A stretch of 64,000 nt of DNA, from NCBI GenBank assembly GCA_977018835.1, contig OZ361259.1:1488001-1552000 (forward strand), given 5' to 3'. Source of the stretch: Minutocellus sp. GHC0000111 (taxonomy: Eukaryota). Made by a program: the position numbers and the translations under genes. Shown piece after piece: positions 36,202-48,701 of the stretch (the stretch's first letter is position 1; each line of letters starts with the position of its first letter). Below the pieces are notes generated by a model. That model was not told where the DNA came from and ran no database searches. It saw nothing but the letters and a program-made list of their open reading frames with translations.

Positions 36202-38475
36202 ATGGAAACATCACGTGCTAACGCCAAGGAGGCAATCCTCTCACTCTTGCTCTCATTCCCACACGACGTCAGATGTACTTACTACACTGTTGATGAGCTT
36301 GTCCGTGTCTTGATGCGCGGTGGCGTGTCACCGAGCTTAGAGATCTCTCTTGTTCGATCATCTCTTCAACGCGTCCCAACACGACACGAGGTCAACATCC
36401 AACGACGACGTCCAGAGAAAATATCAGGCCTTGACGTTGCAAAGCCCTTCTACCGCTTCTCCAGAATGGCCGACAACGCCAGCCCACGCTCTCAACGCAA
36501 TGGCAAGCGATCACTGCCGACCATGCCTGAAAATTGCTTCCAGGACGATGAAAAGCATGGGCCCCATCTCAACGCGATGCTGAAACATTGTTCCGACAAG
36601 AGTTCTTCGGGCGGTCGGTCATCTGCTCCCACCGCCAACGCTGCCGATCGTCCCAACATCACCGGCGTGCAGCTCAACGGCAAAAGAGTTGTGGTTGAGA
36701 TGAAGCAGCTGCATGATTTCGTGCAGAATCTCCACCGATCGTGCGGCAATCTGCATCTCTCGGCCGAGCCAGTTCGGCGTGGATTCGGCGTTACATTTGA
36801 ATGGCGATGCGACAGATGCAACCAACCTTTTTCTTTTTGCACTTGGATCGGCCAGAGGTCAGAAGTTGTGTGCCCCGGCAGAAAGCATTCTAGAAGTCAG
36901 GCTGGAATGAACTTGGAGCTGATGGAGGCAGCGGAAGATGAGGCCATGCACGCAAGTCGCTTCATGAATTCACGAAGGCCGACATCGTCCATCCGACCGA
37001 AAAGAATGCCCGACAGGTGGAAAAGAAATGCAGAGCAGCGGCTGTTGAAGCAGCTGATGAAATCATTGACGAGAACAGGGCAAAAGCATGTGCCGCTAGC
37101 AGCAAGACTGTTGAGTTTGAACAAGGCGGCAAGATGCACACGGCGGCGGTTTTTATGGTGGCCCAAGACGGCAGCGCCCTCAAACGCGACTACGGCCATT
37201 GCTACACTGGCTCTGCTGCAGCGGCATTTGCCGTAGACAAGGAAACTGGCCTTGTTGTTGACAAGGGAATCTCTCAGGCAAGCTGCCACCATTGCGTGAG
37301 AGCCTGCAATGCAAGATTGAGGGAGAGGCGGGAAGCCGGCAATCCAATAACGCCGAGTGAGCTCAAAAACATGAGCAAGGATGAGATGCTGGCCCTGCAC
37401 GACCATGATGGCTTCTGCTATCGCAACTCTTCCTGCTCCCCCGGTGTGGCAGAGGAGCATCTGGCCGAGAACGTTGGACGGAATCTTCTGGTCGACGATG
37501 AAGGAAGCGTGCAGGCGTGTCCTCTTTTCGTTGAGAAGCACGTTGCCGATGGCGATAGCAAAGGCATTGCTAGGGCAGCAGCCGCTCAGGAAGACATAGT
37601 AGGTGATGAGTTGGCTTCTGGTGTTGAGCTTTGCCGTGACTTTAATCATCTGAGCAATTCAATTGACTCAGGCTTTCGAAAAGTATGCAAAGGAGTTGAA
37701 AATTTTAATGCCATCCCCCGACCACGCATCAATCGGATGAAACAGGGCATTTCGAAGATTACTGATCGGTACAAGCACAGCGTTCTCGATCAGCCCGATG
37801 GTGCTGTGTCCGAGGAGGAAAAACAAAGTCATCTGGCCCTCCTTCAGAAAGAACTCCAGTCCGTCGTTCGTCACCAATGTGGCATTCACACTTTTTGCAC
37901 CACCAACACGTGTGATTGGATTCGCCTCAGCATTGCTCATCCTGATTGGAGTGATGGCAAGCTCGATGAGGAATGGAGCTCGGGGAATCAATTCGATGGC
38001 GACATATTGGAGATTAGTGACGACACGATTCGCAAGATGACGCTTGAAATAACCAAGAGAATCAACAAGAATACTGCCGACTCCAACTGCAAGAAGGAAT
38101 CTACCACCGAGCAAGAGCGACAGCAAGCGCCTTCGAGCAGCCTTGCGAAACAGAAGCGAGAAAGACGACAAGGACTATGTGTACAAGAAGAACAGGGCCC
38201 TAGCTGCTGGTAAGGCGAAACCAGCAAAGCCTGGCCGCAAGAAGAAGATTGACCAGCAGTGTCAGAAATGCAAGCAGCTTGGCCACACTCGGGCTGAATG
38301 TCAATGCGACGATGCTGACGACGTTGTCGTTTACGCCGGAAAGAAGCGCAGAAGCCCAGGCAGCAACAAGAAATCTGCAAGAAACAATAAGAAAGCTAAG
38401 ACAAACTTCGGTGTATCGGCAAATGATGTTAGCTCTTGGATGCCGGCGATACTGAGAGAAAATGGCAGCTTGTAA
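36202..38475 (+). pseudogene. DDE transposase of the element, frameshifted near 36965 and disrupted near 38080
   Basis: VAQDGSALKR (first D), HVADGDSK (second D), CRDFNH, HQCGIHTFC, N-terminal H..C/CxxC finger, C-terminal zinc knuckle CQKCKQLGHTRAEC; the catalytic-E segment is not evident. Confidence 0.8.
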
Positions 38476-38579
38476 ACACGTGTAAAATATTTTATCACTG
38501 TAAATAAAAATGGATTTATTGTGTGCTGTTACTCACGTGCTACGCACATTCTTGTTATCTACATGTGTTGAGGTAATGA

Positions 38580-39794
38580 TTATGCATTTTCCTCTTCTTC
38601 TTCCTCTTGATGACCAGGGATGAATCCAACATATCGTTCACCTTTATCATTTGGATAAATGAACCTAATGCGAAAGACTAGACAGGTTGGCAAGGGCTTC
38701 CGATCAAGCCAACCTCTCACATGATACACCTCAGTTGCATAGTACCAATACAGCATGTTCCTCTTCAAATTATTTGCCATGGCTTCGACTGGCATGGTGG
38801 TTGCGTAGTATTTGTCAGCGATATCCTCCAGGTCCTCCTCCGTCGGCACCAGCATTTCTTCGCAGACGCATTTCTGAAAGAAGAGTGTGCCGTACATTGA
38901 GCAGCTTCGGTTGGCGGCAGTGCAGCAAGCAGGGGGTATTGGCGGCCTCTCTCTGGTCTCGTCCCAATTACCGAATGTGTCTGCCTCCGGCGCTGCCGTC
39001 GGATCATCGTCGGCTTCCTCACAAACGGCCGCAACAAGAGCATCCGTGTCCGATCTGATCGCTGCTGATGGCCCACCATCTACCTGCAGAAGTTGGCCCA
39101 TTCCAACAATATCAAAATCAACTAGTCCAATCCCAGCAGTAGAGTGTATGTCATCATATGGAGCCACATGCCATCGGTGGAACTTTGTCAATTTGATCAC
39201 ATGGCCCTGTTGTAGACTTCGGGCCTTTTCGGTAATTGTCAGGGCAACACGAGCGACGATAAGCTTTCCGCTTCCATCAAGCAAAGTAAGCGATGTGGTG
39301 TTGAAAGGTCGGCCGTGCGCAGCAAGAGCCGATCCAATATCGATCCGTTTCCCATGAAGTTGAAATATAGGGAAGAATTCAGGTCCGGCGTCAAACATGG
39401 GATCTTGCAATTGATCGACGATGCCGACCGTCAGCCTCAACTTCACATCAGCCACGGACAGGTTGGTAACTACGAGGCCGGGCCGCTCAGCAGCGACATC
39501 AATATCATCCCGAACATGATACTTATCAGCGCGAGCCTCGACTGCTTTGACAAGATGTTGAAGTGCATGGCCGACGCCGGGATTGTTCCATAATTCTCGT
39601 CCTTGTCCGTTCGGGTCGTTCTCCAACGTGACGGCGAGGCCCTCCAGTATCTCGGTAACGGCGTCTTTCGCTTTGTCCTCCACCTTCTATAATAAAGGCA
39701 AAATCGGGCGACCGGAGTTATCTGTCTTGAGTTTCCGCAACCGCGTATCTGCGTTGTGGGCCGGGCCGGCACTATTATCAGCGCTGCGCTTCAT
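38580..39794 (-). CDS. KolX-like accessory protein (P2X7 cytoplasmic-ballast-like C-terminus); in-frame TAG at 39687-39689
   Basis: NNLKRNMLYWYYA...DRKPLPTCLVFRIRFIYPNDKGERYVGF, preceded by a Cys cluster (CC..CS..CVC); ATG 39794 is in frame with ORF 38580-39683. Confidence 0.75.
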
Positions 39795-40012
39795 CGTAAT
39801 GAAGAGGGGGCAGAGCGGCGATTCTCATGGTGGGGTCGAGTTTTGCTTCGCTCGTCATAAGAAATAAGAATAAGGGGGATTAAAAACGGGGAAAATTATG
39901 GACAGCGCCCTCTTAACTCCTCGACTCGACTCGACTCTACGATACGTACACACGCGACGTACGTACGGGCTTAACTCTCTTGATTTGCCATTCGTATTCC
40001 CGAGTTGGAAAG

Positions 40013-42589
40013 ATGAATTGAGCCGTACCTCTAAACCGCTCGCTTCCATCGCCTCTGGGCTTGTGCGCGAACAGTCGGTGACGAGCGTTACGCAGTCGTC
40101 GGAGGAGACGCCTACGCCTGCGATCGGAGCTGCTCACACCACGCCACACAATAAGTGCGACTGTGACGCACCTTCTCAATCATCGAACAAAGTTACGCCT
40201 GACCCACATCCCTCGCCAATCCCCCTCACGCACGATACTTCAGACAGTCGGAAACCTCGAGGTCGGCTCGCTGGGATCAGCTCGCTCTTAAGGGAATCCT
40301 CGCGGACATTAGGTGCATCGCTCGTTGAAGAGCAGAAAACGACCGACTTAGCCGCAAGGGGCGAAACATACGACGGACCGTACCTCAATGGGCAACGACA
40401 CGGCGATGGCGTCGTCTGTACATTTGCCGATGGGTCGAAATTCCTTGGCAGCTATCGATACGACGAGCCCTCGGAGGGGACACTCATTTGTCAAGAATTC
40501 ACATACACCGGAACCTTTGCGCCTGGTGGAAAGTTTCATGGCAGTAGAGGCAAGCTGGCCAAATCCAATGGTTCAACCTACGAAGGAGAATTCCGAAACA
40601 GCCTGTATCACGGAAGTGGGAAGATGACTTATCCAGACTCTTGGTCTATACCGGTGAATTCCGCGAGGGTAAGCGTAATGGAGTTGGAACGCTGCTGCTC
40701 GGTGCAGCCAGCCATGAAGGTGATGGAGTAGAGAAGGATGTCAGACCATCATATTCAGGTGATTGGCGAAATGATCTTCGCGGAGAAGTTGCCAACAGGT
40801 GATGTGTATCAAGGCCACTTTTCCAATAATAGACCACACGGTATCGGTATTTTGAAAGATATGGATGGAAACACCAAGGAGGGTATCTTCAGATACGGTG
40901 CAGCGTGTGACGGTCCCGGATGGACAATCACCTATGCAAATGGAGACAAGTATGTTGGCTGCGTAGTAAATTTGAAACCCCATGGCATTGGGACCATGAA
41001 GTACAATTCAGGTCGCAAGGGCGCATACAATGGCGAATTTGAGCGAGGAAAGCGACATGGTATGGGTTTGCTGGTGTACAACGATGGGGAGCAATTCGAT
41101 GGCCTTTGGATCAATGACGAGCCAAATAGAACCAAGTCAGATAAAGGAGGGGTAGTGGAAATTATGGCAAAACTCAGACAAGAATGCGAAGCAGACCACG
41201 ACGAAGGTGATGACAATGATGACGACGATATGAATACAGCTATTTCAGCACTGACATTGGAACATCATCAGAAGCTAGCAGAAGAATATGGAGAGATCGA
41301 TCACATTGTTGCAAGCAAGTCAGATAATTCTATTGGTGGCGATTCAGGAGAAGCTGCGGAATCGGAAGGGCACTTCAGAACATTTCAAAGAAGATTATCA
41401 CGCTCAAATTTTTTTGCCTTGGAAGATGAAATTGTGACAGAAAAGAAAGAAGACGATAAATATACCAACCACGCATACCAAGGACCATTGGATGAAGAGA
41501 TCGGGCATGAACATGCAGATATGGAGAAGAAGCTCCATCAATTTGGAAATGGGGACACTTTCAATGGATTTCTCGATGCCAGGGGTCAAAGGCAAGGCCA
41601 CGGTGTCTACATCGAAAGAAAGTGTGGCACAACATACGAAGGTATGTACGTCAACAATCAAAGACATGGCTTTGGAATTCTTATCTCGTCCATGTCAAAA
41701 TATTCAGGACATTTCGTTAATGATGAGAAAGAGGGACAAGGGACACTTGTACTCGCAGAATCGGTATCATACAGTGGTATGTTCAAGGCCGGTAAATACC
41801 ATGGAAAAGGAACGCTTTGTGCGGGAGATGGGACTGTATTCGTCGGGGATTTCTTCGTCGGTCAGTATCACGGCGAAGGCACAATGACCTATCCCGATGG
41901 CCACGTCTACTCTGGCCAATGGGAGTTTGGTAAACGCTGTGGTTTTGGCATCCTAAAAAGGGAGGGAATTGATGGCGTCACGCTTTATGAGGGACACTGG
42001 GCAGATGATATGAGAGTTGGCAAAGGCACTAGCTACTATGTTGATGATTTGCATCAATCCTTGTCCAATGACGGTGCCGTTTCCAAGCAAGACAGAACTT
42101 CCTTCCCTCGTTATGAGGGTGAATTTCGACGCAATCAAAGGCATGGGAATGGTCGGCATATTTTCTCCGAAGGAGTTTTGATTGAAGGCCCCTATGTAAA
42201 CGATCAACCGGTTGATGGAGAGTGGACAATGACGGGAAAAGATAGATCGCACTTTGAGGGCAAAGCAACTTGGGCGACTGTTTTGCAATGACGACGATGA
42301 AACTTACGATAGAGAGCTTTTCCCAGTCCCTAATGGCTTTGGCAAGAAGCGATTTGCCAACGGAGATCGCTACAAGGGTAACTTCGTTAGGGGAATCAGG
42401 CACGGGTCTGGGACCTGCACCTTTGATGACGGTGCTCGGTGGGAGGGTACATGGCTGAATGACTCCTTCGGCGACGGCTGTGTCGGTACACTGCGTCTTG
42501 CGGATGGAACACTCACGAAGTTCGGAGGAAAAAACGAATATTATTCTACTGATTATCACGACGGGACATCGTCGTCCACTCGTTCATGA
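40013..42589 (+). CDS. MORN-repeat protein (frameshifts near 40640, 40780 and 42280; start uncertain)
   Basis: Many YxGxF/WxxGxxHGxG repeats across ORFs 39898-40731, 40738-42291 and 42254-42589. Confidence 0.85.
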
Positions 42590-42646
42590 GAAGAGTGGTG
42601 CGGCAATAACTACATAACTGCGATTGCTGACATATGTATTATGCGC

Positions 42647-44086
42647 CTATTTGCGTCTTCGTAGATGCACGAGACTTTCCACTGCATCTGTTCGGGGAAA
42701 TAAATCAATCAGCGTGCAGTCAGCAATCTCAAACACACTACTCAATATTGTAAGATCCCTCAGCAATGCCTCCTTTCCGCAAGAAATGTAAATTATGTGC
42801 TGGAAGCTGCCCTCTATTGCCATCCGGCATACATCTGGTGAAAGACCAGCTCTTGGAGGATCCACCAACAGAATGGTATAATCTTGTCCATACCATGTGG
42901 TGTTACTATTGCACTCTTCTTCCGTTTTCTTCCTGCTGTTCAATTTGTGCCTTGACTTCTTTGCCCACTCCCCTGCATCACCACGGAATAGTTGAACAAC
43001 GGGCTCGGATGATTTCCTTTCTTTTTCCAACCCTTTGCCTGGTCTTTTGAATTCGGCATCAATTCGGTTCAGTCGCAAGTTTTTCTGACAAGCCATAATT
43101 AGCCTTTCATCCAGTTCGACGCAAGAGAAAAATGAAATGTTCGAACAAACTTTTGCTATGGGCACCGTGTGCGCGCCACAACCACAGTACATCTCAAGGA
43201 GACCAATGCCGTTGTCGCGGAGTTCACTTGATATCAGGGTCATGCGAGTGAGGATCCAGCTTAATGCCATTTTCATTGCATTGCCATTTGGATGAGCAAA
43301 TGCATCCTCCGGCTTTTCATATTTGATGCATATATCCCCTTCGTGAGGAGGTTGGCAATCTCCAACAAGAACATCGATTTTGTTTCCATGTGCAACATCG
43401 TAACAAATAGTGATTGAGTCCCTAATCACAATATTGCCCTCGTCGTTGCTGTTTTGGTCATACGAAACTAGCTTGCGTTTTCGAGAACGGCCTGTCAAAC
43501 TTGTCAGCCTACATTGTCTTCGAACTTCATCGGCTTCACTCAACCATTTAGATTCCTCATCAGTTGATAGTGCTGGCAATTGCTCGGTGTAATTGATTGT
43601 GACTGTGAGATCTTTGTCATCCACCCAAGAAGATGCAAAGGAAATCGAGGCCGGTCGAGCCGAGAGGAGGGTGGCGCATTCGTTTGTATCATCGTTGAAC
43701 AAATGCATGAGCTCATCCATTGCCACTTGAATTCGAAGCGTAGCAATTGGAAAGCGTGAACAATTGATCGAGACAGCTTTTTTGTTGGTCCGCATTGCGT
43801 ACTCCCAAACTCCGTCACCACCACTACAGAGCAATTGAAATGTTACGCGGCATCGATACGACAGAGTTTCGTCCTCTCGACGACAGGGTCTCTCACAGAT
43901 GTCGACAGACTTTCCCGCCGAGCATTCACGAAGCTGTTCTCGAAGAGCAGCGGCAGCTGTACTAAGTTTCGCCTCCGAGTGTTCGACACCACCGTCTGAT
44001 ATCTGTGCCTCGTATCCGGGAAGAACGGCGGTGGAACTGCTGGGCACCATGGCGGCTGGCATATCGGTCACAGCAACATCAAGCAA
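42647..44086 (-). CDS. tRNA (uracil-5-)-methyltransferase, TrmA-like
   Basis: YRCRVTF, LLEMYCGCG, LVDPPRAGL, IIYISC, DLFPRTDAVES. Confidence 0.85.
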   Translation of the reverse strand: MLDVAVTDMPAAMVPSSSTAVLPGYEAQISDGGVEHSEAKLSTAAAALREQLRECSAGKSVDICERPCRREDETLSYRCRVTFQLLCSGGDGVWEYAMRTNKKAVSINCSRFPIATLRIQVAMDELMHLFNDDTNECATLLSARPASISFASSWVDDKDLTVTINYTEQLPALSTDEESKWLSEADEVRRQCRLTSLTGRSRKRKLVSYDQNSNDEGNIVIRDSITICYDVAHGNKIDVLVGDCQPPHEGDICIKYEKPEDAFAHPNGNAMKMALSWILTRMTLISSELRDNGIGLLEMYCGCGAHTVPIAKVCSNISFFSCVELDERLIMACQKNLRLNRIDAEFKRPGKGLEKERKSSEPVVQLFRGDAGEWAKKSRHKLNSRKKTEEECNSNTTWYGQDYTILLVDPPRAGLSPDVCRMAIEGSFQHIIYISCGKEALLRDLTILSSVFEIADCTLIDLFPRTDAVESLVHLRRRK

Positions 44087-44716
44087 GCGCCCAACGACAC
44101 GAACTGCGGCTGGCCAGCGGCAAATAGCAATGGGTTATGAGGCCGAGTCGAGTCATCGAGTCGAGTGAGTCAGTCTCAGGAACCAACACCACCTCCTGCA
44201 GGTAACAAGTCAAGCAAAATAGATGCAGATCTAGATCTAACGTTACCGGTATGAGACTGTTGCTAAGGCAAAATGGTGGATAACTCATGCCCATCAGCGC
44301 ATCTGTACACTGTGGCGGCAATCAATTCTCTAAAATTACATCTCTTTACATGTATTTTTTTATCCTTCCTTGTGAAGAGGTCAGGTCCATCCATTGTCAC
44401 TTCTGATAAGACGAGGCCTACGGTGCTAGGGGAACTCTAGCCTACCGGTACGTATGAAGAAGAAACTACCGACCGCTACCGCCGCTCTTTTGTGCCTTTG
44501 CAGCCTTTTGTTTTGCATCATTGCGGGGAGAAGCAAATTTGATGGAATTGAAATGATAAACAAATAAGCATCGATGAGTCAATAAAATGAAATTTGAGTA
44601 CAATGTACGTTCCTCGTGCAGCATGATAGCGGCACTGTTGAGTCTAGCTATGACATAGATCTAGTAAGAAGGGAGATTCAATCACTCACCTCCTTCTCGG
44701 CCTTCTCCTTTTGCTT

Positions 44717-47700
44717 CTATTTCTCCTTTTCTGCTTTCTTGCATTCCTTTTCATTTAGTAGACACCACTGCTGGTACTCTGCGTCTTCGTCATTATCTCC
44801 TGCTGCCTCCGCACCTTCGGTCCTCGTCTCTATACCGCCATTGGCTGGCAACTGAACCGGTGTTATGGTTGGGCTGGAAGTTGGGCTACGAGATACTGGA
44901 GATGATGAGGGACTTCTTGTCGGTGGGTTGGTTGCTGGAGAGGAAGATGGGCTCTTCGTCGGTGGATTGGTGGCCGGGGAATCGCTTGGGCTTAGAGTCG
45001 GGCTCTTGGACACTGGAGATGAAGACGGGACCTTTGTAGGTGGACTGGTCGCCGGAGCAGTTGTCACTGGACTCAGGGTTGCCGCCACAGATGGGCTAGA
45101 AGTAGGGGCTCCTGTCTCTGCACTCTCGGTTCTTGCCTCGACACCAGTATTTGTTGGTGACTGCGTCAACTGTGTTGTTGGAACTTGAGTAAGCCTTGAA
45201 GTGGGTGCCTGGCTTTCGGGTGAAGACGTAGGACTTGCGGTACTGGTAATGGGGCTCAGGGTTAAAAAGGACGATGGCTTCGGGGTGGGTGATTTGCTTG
45301 GTCTTGCCGAGGGATTTGATGAATATGTAATTGTAGGCAGAGGCGTCGGTAGCTTGCTCGGACTCGACGACGGTGAGGCCGTCGGTGACTTGCTCGGACT
45401 CGACGTCGGCAAGGCTGTGGGCGAAGCCGTTGGATCAGATGTTTCGATTGGAACATCGGCGGCAAGCTCAAAGCTTCCAGTGAAGGCAAGTGAATATTTT
45501 TGACTGGCATCGTCGAAATTGGCCGCCCTCACCGAAATGCGATAGGTATCACCATGAGAGACGTCGCTCAAACGAATTCTTTCGACGGTATTCTTGATAT
45601 CTGGGCTCGATAGTCCATTGGGATAGAAGGTACTCAGAACCGATTCGCCGCTAGTCTTTTCTACCTTCAAATCCAGATTATTCCGAATGCAGTTGGAACA
45701 ATATGCTGCCGTCGGTGGGTCGTACCATACCAAAGCAACAATGATTTCGTTGACTGACCGACCGTTGGTGTTGATTTCAATGTCAACAAAGTCGGTCTCT
45801 CCCACGGCAATCTCCTTGTTGTTGACAATGTATGTGTTGATATCGTTCTCTCCCTGGTGCGGCATGGATCTATTCAATCTCACTTCGCCCATATTCTGAG
45901 TATTGTCGTATTCCGAAATGGTTCGCACAGAGCCACCGGGAACGAACTGGACGCCCTTGAGATTCTGTGCGCCATTCACCAAAACTGCCTTTACGAGCGA
46001 TCCGCTCGGCGTGATACTCTCTCCACATCCCTTGACTCCGCAGGGGTAAAATCCGTCACGAAAGTACTGCCTCACCAGAGCAGCATTACCTGCCACCACA
46101 GGCGCGGACATGCTTGTCCCCGCCATATCAAGAGTACTACAGGTGTCCTTCCCGACGCTGCCATTGGCGGAATGAATGTTATAACCAGGAGCTACGATGT
46201 CAGGCTTCGTTCGACCATCGTAAGTGGGACCACGAGAAGACCAAGACGTCATGTACCCCAATCCCATGTCGTTTCTGCTGTCCAAATCTTCTTCGATGCT
46301 CTGACTGCATCCAACCGTAAAGGTGTTTTTACAGTCGACAGGGTTCTTGACTGTTCTCGCTCCACCTCCAGTGTTACCGGCCGATACAACGTAGAGAAGA
46401 TCTTCGTATTCTCCAGATAGAGAGCCATCCCAATCTTGACAATGGCTAGAGTAGGGACGACCGGAACGTCCCCAGCTACCATTGTGGACCTTGGCACCAT
46501 TACCATTGTTGTAAATTGAAGCAAATAATCGCTTGGCACCGGGATCGCTCATACCTCCGTTTCCAGGTTTCATATCAAAAACATGAAGCTTGGCATCGGG
46601 GGCAATACCCTGGCCTTTATCTGCCTTACTGTCAGGTCGGTTACCCATCATTGTTCCAGCGACGTGAGAGCCATGACCACCAATCTGGTCGATGCCATCG
46701 CGGTAGGTGTTGTCGTAGCTGACAACCTTGCGTCGAGAGAAATCCCAGTTCTGAAAGCAAAATCATGGCGAGGGAAGGAGTGCGAAAGAGCGACGACAAA
46801 GAAAGTGATCAGGGAGGATTAATAGTGAGAAAAATCAAGGAGAGGTTGAGAGAAAAATAACAACAGAACATTCTGGCTGCATTTATACTCACTCCATTGA
46901 AAATATCGCCGTTGCCTCTCTCGTCTTTGAACCAGCAGCTACGCACATCGACTCCGCTATCAGAGACGGAAACAATTTCTCCCTCTCCGGTGATACCAGC
47001 ATCAAAGAAAGGAGTATGGCCCTCCTCGCTCGTTTGAGTAATCCATTGAGCGTTGGTGTTGCTGTCAGACGTAACTTCCCCGTTGGATTCAACAGTGACG
47101 ACATAAGGATGTGTTGAAAGGGCAGCGATGAAAGAGATGACGCAGTCGGTATTGGACGCGGAGGATTCGTCGTCAGCAGTGATTGCATTCATGGGATTGA
47201 GGATGTATTCAAAACCCTTGTTACCATGTCTCAGGCGAATGTCGATGTCGTCGAACATTGAGGCACACATGTGGTGAGACTCAAGGCCGCGCTCGAGGGC
47301 GCGAGACCAAACATTAGAGGTAGAATCAAGGAGATGGCGGCGATTTGGGTTGTCAAATCTGGCTGATGTTGCCGAGAAAGCATCGCTCACGGACAAACCT
47401 GAAGTTGGGGTTTGCTTGGTGCCACCACGTAGATTGACGGAGGAGGTAGTAGACGATGAACCCTGCAACTGGCGACGACGACGTAAAAGACCTTCTTCCG
47501 CCATCACCTTGATATCGGCGATGATTGCACCGGCAATAGTTTCGCATTCGAGATCTGATTTGCCACCGACTCCAGGAGCAAGACCGACCATGATGGAACG
47601 ATCCCAGTCATTGCTATCATCGTCTTGCCGAGTGCCATTGGAAAGGACGGCCAGAGCTCGGTTGTTGTTGCTCAAAGACGGAGGAATTGCCCATCTCTCG

Positions 47701-48368
47701 TTGGATACCTCGTCGATCGTTCCGAGGGAGATTTTCATCATGTCGAAAATGGGGATGATTGCAAATGTTAGGCCGTCGACTACTTTACCTGCCAGAGACT
47801 GAGCCTTGCTGGTAGCTGTTGTGACGAAGCGGCAGGTCTCCTCCGGCAAGTTCGATACCACCATTGTGGCCGATATGTCCACCCCAAAGCCTTCGAGGAC
47901 GGGCCGGAGGCGCTCGTAGCCAGACATATCACTGCCCCTGACGCAAACCAGGAACGAAGATTGCCTTTCTTCTGCCGCCGCGGTGTGAGCGCTGGATCGC
48001 TCGCCGACCCCGTCGACTACAATTTCGTCGTCATTCGAAGTTGTTGATGCTGCCATGTCCCATCCGTGTTGGACGAGCCCTGACCAGATGCTGTCCGCCC
48101 CAGCGGCGCGGTTGATAGAACCCGTCTCGTCATCTACCTCGCTCACTTCATTGTTGACGTGAGTGAAGAGCAGGCCTTGGAATTCATCAAGAGTAATGTC
48201 GACATTACTTTGGTTGGGCCTGGCCTCATCGGGGGCAAGGACAAAGTCGGTCGTCACTTCATCACCTTCCGCACCAACGACCGCCAGTAATTTGGTCGAT
48301 ATCAGAAGCAAAGAAATAAGACGAAGGCTCGGCCCGGAACGCCACTCCTTTGGAAGAAAGAGTATCAT
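44717..48368 (-). CDS. Secreted subtilisin-like S8 protease (KP-43-like) with Ser/Thr/Pro-rich tail; exons 48368-46893 and 46750-44717
   Basis: Catalytic VSDSGVD, HGSHVAGT (restored after the intron), SAGN, AGTSMSAP; SSRGPTYDGRTKPDIVAPG; N-terminal signal peptide; PTxSP repeats. Confidence 0.9.
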
Positions 48369-48701
48369 ATTGAAGGATCAGTCAGTCAGGATGGAGGCAG
48401 GAGCAGGTTTATCTTTGAATGATCGAACGGTAGCAAGAAGGAACAGTTGCGGCCAACAGTGAAAATTGTAGGCCTCCTCGCTCAGCACAGGCATACAGTC
48501 TCCGCCCAATGCGATTTCTTCCTCTTCTTGGTGGAATGGGTCGAGGAGAGCACCTCTCCAGTTTTAGTCATCACTTGGTCAAAAGAGGAGCGCGATGGAC
48601 GGCGCATGTTCCCTCGACCATCATGAATTAACCATTGTGAGGCAGAAATGCATGGCCGGCTCGCTCGTATATCTTTAGGCATTTTGTACTTTACATATAT
48701 A

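Larger units (their letters stand above)
35736..39912. mobile_element. Kolobok-type DNA transposon (4177 bp), probably defective
   Basis: Perfect 17-bp TIR GAGGGCGCTGTCCATAA (35736-35752 and 39896-39912), flanked by CTAA and TTAA; two convergent ORFs (transposase and KolX-like). Confidence 0.85.

Noticed and set aside
35733..39915. PIF/Harbinger or MULE assignment for the 4.2-kb element
   Set aside because: No 9-bp duplication, the 3-bp flanks (TAA, TTA) are not direct repeats, and ORF2 is ballast-like rather than Myb/SANT-like.
39898..40012. MORN gene start codon supplied by the transposon TIR (ATG 39898)
   Set aside because: An ATG at 40013 with one missing T restores the frame more simply, given the indel rate in this window; untestable without transcripts.
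11455..44719. Alternative genetic code (stop codon reassignment)
   Set aside because: In-frame stops are of all three types, rare, and accompanied by frameshifts; TAA, TAG and TGA all end normal genes here.
44860..45430. Tandem DNA repeats at the 3' end of the S8 protease gene
   Set aside because: Explained by the coding PTxSP mucin-like linker.
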